From Seison nebaliae (Eukaryota): a DNA stretch of 33,864 nucleotides. Under the pieces are notes generated by a model, which saw nothing but the letters and a program-made list of their open reading frames with translations, ran no database searches and was not told where the DNA came from. The stretch spans positions 1-33,864 of the forward strand of contig JALJEE010002004.1 in NCBI GenBank assembly GCA_023231475.1, given 5' to 3'. Numbering within the stretch: the stretch's first letter is position 1; the number at the start of each line of letters is the position of its first letter. Both the position numbers and the translations under genes were made by a program. Shown here in pieces: positions 23,493 through 33,864 of the stretch.

Positions 23493-26099
23493 AGGATGGA
23501 ATAGGAGATAAGAGTAAATATTGTTAAGAACAACTTCTCAATATGCGGAATGGGAATTTCAAGCAATTTCAAAATGTATTAAAGAAACAACGATGAACAG
23601 TTTATTATTAATCTTCTTTGCAAGACAATTGCATAATATCAGGTTACGTGCAGGAATTCTTATACATGATGTCACTAATCACTCGAATATGTAATGTGGT
23701 CTTTTCCGAAGCGTAAGAAGCAACTAAACGATAAGTGAATAGAAATCGGACAGAATTTCGATGTTCATAAAAAATAGAATACAGTACCATTGATCGAAGA
23801 TTTATGGGAGAGAAGTGTATTTTTATGTTTAAATATTCATTAACTAAATTGTATTATAATCTACATAGGATGCCTTCCATTTATTTATCATATATTACGT
23901 TAGTTATACAAGCATGCATGATTGAGGGCATTTTTAGTCCTTTCCGAGCTTTGCACCTTATTCAAAAAAAACGAGCAGATTTACTCTTTTTTCAAAAGAA
24001 TTATTCTCATAAAGGACTTTTCTCCCTTTATGTTATTTCCTACAATTCTTCTCATAATTCCACAATCCACTCCGGGTAATTCTTTATCCGAATATTTTGA
24101 AAAGTTTTTATATATAAACATTTTCATAATTGTATTAATTCAGGATTGTTCGTTTTAAAAAATATATAAAAATAATAAATAAAAAAAATACAATAAATAT
24201 AATATCATAACTATGGTATGGTATTTATTGAACTAATAGTTCAACCTCTAATAAGTCTTGTATGTAGATATTAAACACAATAATTGAAGTTCTAAATCAT
24301 GGAACAATGAACTATGAGCTATTCAAGACATACTTTTGAACTGTTTTAATTTAATTGCTTATGGAATTATATTCATGAAAATCATCTATTATTATCGAAC
24401 ATTTGTATTTGTGCGAAATTCAAAATTCAACAGAAGAAAAACAAATTTCAGTTCCAAAATAAAATTAAGAATGAGAGATTAACTTAAAAATTTTAAAATA
24501 TCCAATCTAACTTTAAGAAAATATTATTGTTGATATTGACAAATAATATTTTCATTCTAGGCTACTTTTCGTCAGTTATTCATAAATCAGATCAATAATC
24601 TGTTATATATTACTTGTCTAAACCTCGTTGAAAAGCGAAAGAATTCAAAATCGATACTTCATATCATTACATATCAGAATAAACAAATTGTGGAAAACTG
24701 TATATTTGTCATTAAAATGCTTCAAATGAAAATCAATCGGAGATGAACTGTAATAGTTATATTGATATCGAGAAATGATCAAGATATTGGGAGGAAAAGA
24801 AATAATGTACAATAACTTTTCCATGCTTTTTATTGATTTAGCATTAGAGAATGAATATGATTCATTTCTTCCACTTCCACTCACTTCCATTTTGAATGAC
24901 TACATTATATGTTGTAATAAATTCATAGTCCTAGAAAACCTGGTAAATAATTGAAGTTGTTAGTAAAATGGGACGGAAAGCTTAGTTGACTTCAATAATT
25001 TTTGGTGAATAAATTGCCATATCATCAATGAAAAAGCTGTTCCTTCCAATAAGGAAACGAAAAACAAAATTGGAGAAACCTGTTCTTAAATCGTTAATGC
25101 CATTGAAACTGTATATTAAAAATGGAGCAAAAAAAACATAGGTATCCGAAAAGTATTAAGCTGATGTTTACTTTAAGAAAATGAGTGTCCGACATTAAAG
25201 GAAATGAATGGAATTACTCACTGGGACAGAATAAGTCTTTTTTGGTATGAGAAGGAGGGGAAAGAATGAGGAATTCGAACTGCCCGCCCACTATAAACAC
25301 ATGTAACGAAATGGAAATAAATAAAGGAGAAAATTAATTTACTAATATGTATATGTTAGTAAATATTCATGAGTCTCCTTTCGCTTAAATACGTTTTTGC
25401 ACATTAGCCTTATTTTCTATAACAAATATTATAAGAAATCTGTCTTATAATTAATAATATTGCCAATCGTCGCATAATTTCGGTAACAATGCTCATCCTA
25501 ATAATATAAATTTGCTCATTTCACTGGAATATGGAATCATTGGAATCGCCTTTATATTTTAGAAACGGAAAAAAATACCTGCTCTCATCCAAACAAAAAT
25601 TTCTTTACATTTTATGAAGTTAAAACATTTCCGAATTGAACATTCGCTTTCCGATATCTAAAATTGAGACTGACTAATAAAACGATTTCTAACTTATTAA
25701 TAACAACTTATAATTGAGAATTTCCAGTTTAAAATTGACACTAATGAGAATTTAACTTGAGTCTGCCCAGGGTGGATTGGCGACAGTTAATCTAATGTGA
25801 TCTTTACGTAAGATATTGTTCCTCATCCAGATAATTTAAAAAAATATAAATTTAATTTTTTTACAATCTTTCTTTTTACCTATTTCGAATAAGAAACCTG
25901 CATATTTATTTATTTATAAATGTTCTACACAGTCTTCTTTGCCACCAAATCAATCGAATAGCACATGATGATGTGCACAAAAAATAATATATAGACAGGT
26001 CATACAACATAAACATACGACCATATGTATGACATCAATTGTCTACATCAGTCGAATCATTCATCAGTCGTATTTTAGAAAAATAAGCGGGTAAGAATT

Positions 26100-26640
26100 G
26101 GTAAAAATGATCACATTCATTATTTCCTAATATTTCCAAGCAACTAAAGATAGCGCTGTCAATATTCAAAAAAGAATTCATTCATTGAAGCCGTACATAA
26201 AGGAATTTCTCAAACATTATTTCCAATACGGAATAGTGGTGCAAAGAATAGACGAATGGATAAATTGAAAGAAGAAAAAGCACGAACGGGGAAGAGAATA
26301 TTAGAAGAAAGTATTGGATGATGGAGAGTCTAATTCGTTTGCAATAGCGCAACGGAATGATGAAGTCACCATTTTGTACACAGTAATCATCCAACATACA
26401 CATAGAGCACCCATTACAAAGAGAATGGTAATGTTTTGTACATATGTGTTATGTAGCGAAGTATTCGTAACGACTGTGCTATCATACCACTCACATATAA
26501 AGACATCTATGAATGAAGTGTATTATCATATTGAATTCATCATATACCATCATTTCTCATCATATAACAATGTTCTCAATATGAAATGACAACAAATTAT
26601 CTAGGAGTGGCAAGATGGAAAATGTTTCAATTTTAATTCA
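26100..26640 (-). pseudogene. Class A GPCR-like pseudogene fragment (TM4-TM7)
   Basis: Collinear minus-strand pieces: S*IICCHFIL (TM4-like, TAG where Trp is expected), FICEW...ITILFVMGALCVCWMITVYKMV (ECL2 Cys and TM5-like), a frameshift, FVLFLLSIYPFVY (TM6-like), then LYVRLQ*MNSFLNI (TM7 NSxxN-like). Several stops. Confidence 0.42.
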
Positions 26641-29600
26641 CTTTCATATCTAGAACATTCATTTACATCGATAAGTGAAAAAGTTTCTATCAATGTTCCT
26701 TGTTGTATAATTCGAGTCCTTTAATAATGCAATACTCTCATGCATTATGAAATCCGAAGATTTTTAAGAAATTTTTAAGAAATTTTCTTTTCGGACATTT
26801 TTACTCAAATTCATGATTCTCTACAAATTTCCGTGATATTCCGGTCAATTTAATTGCAATTTTTTGTTTTTGGCACAATTACAGAAATTCAGAATTATAA
26901 TTCTCTAACTTTCCTATTCTAACTAATTTTCTATAACTTTTTTTCTTATGTTTAAGAATACTTTTGTCTTACCATACTTATGTCTAAAATACATTAACGT
27001 TAAATTTCAATATTTTTTAGCTAATTCCATTCTATTACTTTAAAACTTACAAAGAAGAAATAAGAAAAAGTAGATTATTATGGATGGGAAATATCAGAAA
27101 TTTAATTTTGTTGAAAATTGATTGCATAAAAAGACTGGTCCTAAAAAGTGGAAATTTTGGAAATTAAGGTGGGAGAGATGTTTTACGTAATGGAAATTAA
27201 CAGTAGAGGTATAGAAATGCCAAGAAAATAAAAATTAGGAAAAAAGTTTAATTTACATTGGAGATGCTAGGAGTAGAACTGTCGAAAATTTCGGATAGGA
27301 TGAAGAAGTATAGGAAGGAAAAGGAAACAGAGAGTAGAACTATCGGAAATTATAGGAAAGAAAAAGAAGAAGTAGAACGCGCGCTTTGATAGATATTGGA
27401 CGAAGAAAACATAGGAAGTAGAATTGTCTCCCAATCCTCTAATTCCCTAACATGAATATAGATAACTTGATTTGATCAAGAAAATTCGAAAATTAACTAA
27501 TACTTAATTATAATTTTTCCTCGGATAATTATCAAAGTTTTCCTTCGTATAATGCTCAATCTACTTATTAATTATGAATTCTCCTGAAACTCTTCTCCAA
27601 ACTGAGCAAGAAGTTAGCCGCAACAAAACAGTTAGTTTTCATATTCTTAGAATAAACTGACCTAAACTAGTCTTTCCCCTTTTAGTCGGTCGGTAATGTT
27701 TCCTTATAAGTTTACGCTTCTATACTAATATTTCAAAGCCCATAGCTTTCATTTGGACAATTCAAACTTAAATATTACTTTCGTATAAATATTGATTTGA
27801 GAATTAAATAATAATTCTACAAGGGTTCAATCTTCTAAATACAGATATTAAGTTTCCGTGCTTTTCAAATTTGTTTTTCTAGTTCTCCTTTCAAATGCGA
27901 TTGATGCTGAAATACTTCATATTTGAATTAAATTATTCAGAAACCTGTTTATTGGTGTGGATTATGAGTTTATGTACCATTGGATAAAAACCATAATTTT
28001 GAATAAATCAATAGTTACATTATTATAATATATATATATATCATAACTTAAGGTTGAGAGTGAATAACATATTGCAAATTTATGAGTCTTTATGTTTTGA
28101 AACACAGGGGAGTCATATGGTCAAACAATATCATATTAACAGAATCGGCACTACACGCAAATTTTCCAATCTAAATATGGTAAAATTATTATATAATGGA
28201 AGAAAAAGTAGCATTAGTGAATAAAGTTTGGGGAAAATTATCCTAATTCCCCAAACAAATTAAGAAACACCTAAATATCGTGAAAATAAAAATGGTGCAA
28301 TATTATCATTCAGCATGACCGACACGGAATTTGATTAAAATAGATAATTACGATAAACAAAATTTAAATAAAATGCTCTACATCATTAACCATAGTGGAC
28401 ATTTAAAATTTGAAAATAAAACGTTGTCCACATTTAGGTAGGCGTTTAGCTCTGTAACCTTTTCTTTGAAGAACAAATCATTTGCAAATTTTCATTTAAA
28501 TTTGATGGTAATTGAAAAAGCGAAAAAATCTGTACATGATAGTTCTCTCAATAATTTAATATTTCTTCTGTTAAATTCAGTTTGAATGATTATTGGGTAT
28601 TTTTGGGATTCTTGCATCACATCAACAATTTACTGATATTGGATGATTATTCGCAATTGTTCACAAATACTTTTTAAATTTCGCAAGTTTTGGTCATTAG
28701 GTATATATAATATATAAAATATGCACTTTCCATGCAAAAAAAATTCTTGTAAAATTCTTAAGGAAACAACAGAATTATCAAGACAAATTAACAAAGGCAA
28801 AACATAGAACTGTCTAAGAACAACATGAGAAGAAAAAAATTGTCTAGAGAAGCAAAAGTTCCGGATATTGCTATAAGTAGATAATTCTATTCTTATTGAA
28901 TTTCTGAGCAATATCGATTTCAAATGAAATTCAACTAACTTTTAACCAGCATTTTTACAAGTTCAATAATATTCACAATATTTAGTTCGAAATAAATTTG
29001 CAAAAAATTTGAATCAAATAAATAGATTGTAACCTCATAAATTCTTTCTATTTGCATTACTATTTTCTCTCAATTGATAGTAACCGATTACTATAATTCG
29101 AAACATTAACAATCATATTCATTTCATCGATCGAACTGTTAAAATGATTTAGTCGACCACTTTTAGGGAAATATATCATAACATCATGTTTTAGAAATTA
29201 GAAAGATTCATTTTCAGACAAGATACGTGAGAAACAAGTTGTTTTCTTTATAAATAGTTCCACAATACAGTATTGCCACATTATTTACTTATTAAATTAT
29301 ATTTCTTCATATTTTTTAAAAATTTCAAGAAAAAAATGAATTGCGCTGTTCCAAATGAATTCTCTATATACATATATGTTTTAAGCAAATTTTTAAACTG
29401 CATTATTACTTCTTATCCGCTATTAGATAATATATTGGTATATATATATATATATTGGATTAGCGATATTCAAACGGATTCTTTCAAAGCAAAATAAATC
29501 AAAGAGAACAATAAAAAAAACATGAATCGAAAGAAAATATTTTAAAGGAATTTTCCCGACGGAAGAAATATGAAGGAAAATAATGAGAGATATCTCGGAA

Positions 29601-31863
29601 TTAATAAAAATGATAATTAGCAAAAGTTCAGACGAAAGAAATTTATGATAATATTACATAATTTCCTGTTGACTTTGTCACATATCGTATCTGGCGTATT
29701 AATACTTCATTTAAAGGAAAGGATGTAAATCTAGTTTTGATTCGAATCATAAAATTCTACACAAGTACGAATGAAGTATTTGAATTTAGTACATATGAAT
29801 CAGTTTATTTCTTCTGTTACTAATAAATGTATTATTTAATAATAATAGTATATGATCTCGTTATAAGCATTCGTTATTATCTGCCAACATACAAGTGTGG
29901 AACATTCTGACAGTGAAGAAACTGAAACATTTTTATTTATTAGTGCATATTATTTATTTTATATTCTTTCTCCTCTTTCCTAAGCACTTCTCCATTAGTA
30001 CACAATTTGGAAGAACTCTTCGCTTTCCCCACTCACAGGAAGAAAAATAAATAAATTAATATTCTTAAAATTGTATCATATTGTTCTTATCTATGTATGT
30101 AGAAGAAATACTACAATATTATTGAGAACATACGAATATTTTATGTTCCATACACTTTCCATACCAGAAGAACAGTTATACTGTTTCTATAATTATCATA
30201 AAGGCAAATAATTTCGTATAACGTAAGAAGTAAAGGACGAAGAAAATAACATTAACATTATTATCAATTTGGGTGGAATAAGAAAAGTAAAAAAATGTTG
30301 AAGAATAATATAAAATTTATTTTTGACTAAAAGTAAGAATCCAATTAATTTTCCTTCAAAATAATAATGAAACTATACTTATTCTATAAATGACAGCTAT
30401 CAATTACTTCAAAGATTATCTAGAAATGACCGAATTAATTGTGAAATTCTGGAAAATTTTCTATCTTCAACAATGTCCCATATTCCCTGCTTATCTCTGG
30501 GATTAACAAGAACACATTAAGAAAATAAACTTTGCTTGTAAGTTACCACTTTCTAATAGGGAGGAGACAACTGGCACAATAGACAAGTAGAAGACATACA
30601 ATTGGAAAACCGACAATTGGGAAATCTATAAATCTCCCAAATTTGTTTTTTCGAATGCTACTTTTGTTTTTTCTTAGCTTGCTCGCATACTTATTGAATT
30701 GAAACGATTATGACTTTCCATATAAAACGTTTCACAACAATAATATTTAATGGAAGTTATTATCGAAGTTTAATAAACATCGAAAAAATGGATGTTTCCC
30801 AAACATTTTCTCCCACAATGGAAAACGTTCGAGCTTTTATCATTTTTCTATCAATCATTCCTTTATCCAATATATATTCCATCCAACAGAAAATTTATAA
30901 TCAAATTTTCAATTCAAGAGAATTTGCTCACTCTATTTCCTGCTAAATGGAAAATCTCTTATTCACAATCTTCAAATGAGCATAAACAAATTCTTGAAAG
31001 TTCTCTCACGGAAATTTATAAAAATATTTTTTTCAATGCGGTTTTTAATTTTCGATTTTTAACTTTAATTTTCATATTTTTTTGAACTAAAAGAACTATT
31101 TAATCTTTAACTAAAATATTAAATGCTTAATCTTTTAATATACGTCAGAAGTTATACAGCGAAACTCTTAAACAATTTAATAAATTTTAGATAAGCATAT
31201 ACACAATTTTTGCAAAACAATTAACCAAAAATTTCCTTCGGCTAGTAAATTTCTTCGGCTCTATAATAAAGGGTTTTATCCTTAACTTCTGTGCCTTAAT
31301 TCCAATAAATCTTAAGATAAAGATACGTTGTCTTTCATATAATAAAGGAACTAGACATGCTTAATATACAATGTCAGTTTTATGTTTCTGATCTCAATAG
31401 CATTTCCTTCCAGTCTAACAAATGTGGAATTGTATATGGTTGTTGGTGTTTTCCTGAATTTCCTCATCCATTTTTTTCGTAAACGGCAACAAGATTATAA
31501 ATTGAATTATACGGATAGTGACTTCAAATATTCTCTATTACCATAGTTAATTATTAGTCGCAACTCTGTTTCATCGATATCAATATTTATGAGAATAATC
31601 TCTGTCGTTGTATCATATGAAGAACAGCAACTGAAATGTGGATGGAGGCAATTTTTTAGTAATAATTTGAAGAATAATCTAATCACATATATCGCCCTAA
31701 TTAAATTTGTTTGTTATTCAATGTTCAAATGTAATATTGTATGAATCCTCATCTTTCTAGTAATTTTTGGACTAAAATAATTCATACTAAAAAAATTAGT
31801 AATTAATTATTAAATACAATTATTCACCCAGTAGACTATTCCATCGAATCTAGGAATGTAGAC

Positions 31864-32084
31864 AAATTGTCTACGTTCCAAATGAGAAAAAAAATTTGTC
31901 TTCGTTCCAAATGAGAAAAAAAATTTGTCTTCGTTCCAAATGAGAGAAAAAGATTTGGCTACGTTCCAAATGAGAGAAAAGATTTGGCTACGTTCCAAAT
32001 AAGAGAAAAGATTTGGCTACGTTCCAAATGGGGAAAAAAGATTTCGCTAAGTTCCAAATGAGAAAAAAAGATTCCGTTACGTTC
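31864..32084 (+). repeat. Left subterminal tandem array, 7 full and 1 partial 29-30 bp units (tttggctacgttccaaatgagaaaaaaga)
   Basis: GTTCC cores at 31875, 31904, 31933, 31963, 31992, 32021 and 32051, plus a partial GTTCT at 32081. Confidence 0.93.
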
Positions 32085-32280
32085 TTTCAGCTCACCAATC
32101 ATAATATTACCATAATATCACCATCATATATATTGCCGAAGATCATAAGGAAAGAATGTCGTATTACACGAGTTTGCAGGTAAAGTTATAAAAATGAATA
32201 ATATTTAGTAATACATTCAGTATTTTCAATTTAGAATAAAATCAGTTAAGATTTTTGATAATAAGATAATCAATCAAAAA

Positions 32281-32990
32281 GGTGAACACAATCATTCCGA
32301 CGACGAACAAGAAGTAAGGCGAATGACCACATTGGAAATACTAAAATATTCTGCCGTCAACACCGAAGATGAAGGGATTAAATTGGTCAGTAATCTAAAG
32401 ATCGAAGAGATTCAAAATGAAAAGGTCCCCCGAATATCTTCATTATGTCGGAACATTCAAAATTGGTGGCATCTCCAATTATCGAATATACGCAGAACAA
32501 CATCAGTCGATGGATTGGCAATATAGGAATTAGAAATTGGTCGCCTTTACGTGAATCGGAACATAACTCTGGAAGGGCGAGAACATTTCTTTGCGGATGG
32601 GACATTCGATGTCGCCCCATCTGATTTCGCGCAGTTGTACGTTGTAAGCCCATTTTTCGATGTCAAAGCGATAGCCTTTGGTTATTGCTTAATCAAAGAC
32701 AAGAGGCGACAATCGTATGAAAACATGTTCGGAGCGTTGAAAGAAATAACGCAACTGAATCCAAAAACTGTCACCATCGATTTCGAACTTGGAGCGATCC
32801 GTGCGCACCAAAAAATTTTCTCGGAAGTAGCAATGCATAGATGTTACTTCCATCTTTCCCAGAGCATTCGGCGAAGGATCAAAGCTAACGGTCAACAGAA
32901 GATAATGGACGAAAACCAAAACTTTCGTAAAACCATTCATTATTTCCAATATCTGCTCAAATTGAGGCAAGTACAATATGTTCTTCATTA
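32281..32990 (+). pseudogene. MULE transposase remnant (FLYWCH-like HNH end plus first two catalytic Asp; C-terminal Glu region missing)
   Basis: One frame: GEHNHS..., an in-frame TAG at 32524, then FADGTFDVAP..QLY, FGYCLIKDK...Y..MF, IDFELGAIRA and CYFHLSQ (the CxxH motif). The frame then runs into the right repeat array. Confidence 0.88.
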
Positions 32991-33134
32991 TGAGAAAATT
33001 TTGGCTACCTTCCAAATGAGAAAAAAGATTAGGGTACGTTCCAAATGAGAGAAAAATGTATCTACGTCCCAAATGAAAAAAAAGATTTGGCTACGTTCTA
33101 AATGCCTTTTTCTAAAAAAATTTGTCTACATTCC
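32990..33134 (+). repeat. Right subterminal tandem array (4 degenerate units) ending in the right TIR
   Basis: ctac(g/c)ttccaaatgagaaaa-like units at about 33009, 33038, 33066 and 33095, in the same orientation as the left array. Confidence 0.88.
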
Positions 33135-33606
33135 GGTTACCATTCCATCAACTCGAAGAAAAAAAGGCAAAACATTTCCTTTAGAGAAAATATTTCAGAA
33201 ATGATGCCTAATAAAAACATAAGGAACAACGACAAAATTTGGAAACTGGGACAGAAGAATTTTGTTCAATCGTTTGCAAACGGATAGTAATCATAATTTA
33301 TTGAATAACATACCGATATTCCGCTAAAACTTAAAAATATATGTAAAACTTATTTTATTCCTATGTTTGGTTGAATTATTTTGACATAACTATTTCGTGT
33401 TGTTGATAATAACAGTAAATAATATTACTAGTATAGCATTATTAATACTGTACCAGTAAATATTAATACTATACATGAGCATGACAGAGAGGAGCTTTAC
33501 ATTTATGTTGTTGTACATATGTACGATGTTGAATATAGCAATCTCATTTTCATCTAGAATATTTTTTTCACAATTGGCAAATTCATATTTGGAAGCACCT
33601 TGGAAA

Positions 33607-33864
33607 TTTTTCATTCTTTTTCCAACTTTTATAAAGACCATTGTTGAACATTCGCGGAAGATTCTCAACCACTTTCTTCTCTTCCATGGTATGAAATTTT
33701 TTCACGTCGATAGGTTTTCGAACTTTCTACTTCTCTTTCGAACGGATCGTCTTCACTTGATCCATCAGTCTCCTTAAAAATCTGATCCTTAATTCGATTT
33801 TTGAATCGTTTATATGCTAAATCCTCGAACGGTTTCTTATTTAATATACTATTGTTTTCGTATA
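33607..33864 (-). pseudogene. Truncated inverted duplicate of the Claspin-like gene
   Basis: The reverse complement matches 1-152, jumps to about 614-665, then 694-725 and 742-758, with substitutions and deletions. The frame reads ...EREVESSKT-YRREKISYHGREESG* with TGA at 33667-33665. Confidence 0.85.

Larger units (their letters stand above)
31846..33141 (+). mobile_element. Internally deleted Mutator-like (MULE, Phantom-type) DNA transposon, 1296 bp
   Basis: Perfect 16-bp inverted repeats GGAATGTAGACAAATT (31853-31868) and AATTTGTCTACATTCC (33119-33134). Each lies 7 bp inside an exact 8-bp direct repeat ATTCCATC (31838-31845 and 33142-33149), the likely TSD. It encloses a MULE transposase remnant and subterminal repeats. 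Confidence 0.88.

Noticed and set aside
23375..23572. ORF with HTHTHT repeats
   Set aside because: Translation of the CA microsatellite.
24990..25110. Minus-strand FFIDDMAIYS resembling the Gypsy reverse-transcriptase YxDD motif
   Set aside because: Only about 45 codons; spacing to the upstream FG-like motif is short and no other RT motifs or LTRs are seen. A blastx hit would be needed.
25265..25292. tRNA T-loop-like GTTCGAATTCC on the minus strand
   Set aside because: Flanks do not form a T-stem and no cloverleaf is visible.
31864..32084. CRISPR-like array
   Set aside because: Units are head to tail with no unique spacers, there are no cas genes, the context is eukaryotic, and they are explained as MULE subterminal repeats.
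33390..33777. ORFs 33390-33668 (-) and 33475-33777 (+)
   Set aside because: They overlap the decayed Claspin copy in off-frames or antisense and have no independent support.
1..33864. Linear virus, Polinton or giant transposon bounded by TIRs
   Set aside because: The terminal repeats are mid-exon Claspin sequence, the cargo is ordinary intron-containing host genes, no polymerase, integrase or capsid genes are visible, and the 141-bp exact length matches an assembler k-mer.

Overview
AT-rich (roughly 70% AT) eukaryotic DNA from a compact animal genome with tiny 41-75 nt introns. The style is compatible with a small spiralian such as a rotifer relative, but that is a guess. Three spliced genes can be reconstructed. 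(1) A 5'-partial Claspin/Mrc1-like gene (+, 1-2216). (2) A 1935-aa protein with an N-myristoylation motif and a block of AHNAK/periaxin-like proline-heptad repeats (+, 10080-15932). (3) A 15-exon, 1655-aa diacylglycerol kinase theta (-, 16356-22722) expanded by long low-complexity insertions, one of which splits its third C1 zinc finger. Near the right end is a 1.3-kb internally deleted Mutator (MULE, Phantom-like) transposon with short TIRs, an 8-bp target-site duplication and 29-30 bp subterminal repeat arrays. The window ends are exact reverse complements for 141 bp, and the right end continues as a deleted, frameshifted inverted copy of the Claspin gene. The window therefore looks like the spacer of a larger inverted duplication, with the contig broken at both ends by that repeat. 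Intergenic tracts hold several decayed coding relics (GPCR-like, MACPF-like, unidentified). All calls come from reading the sequence; no searches were run.
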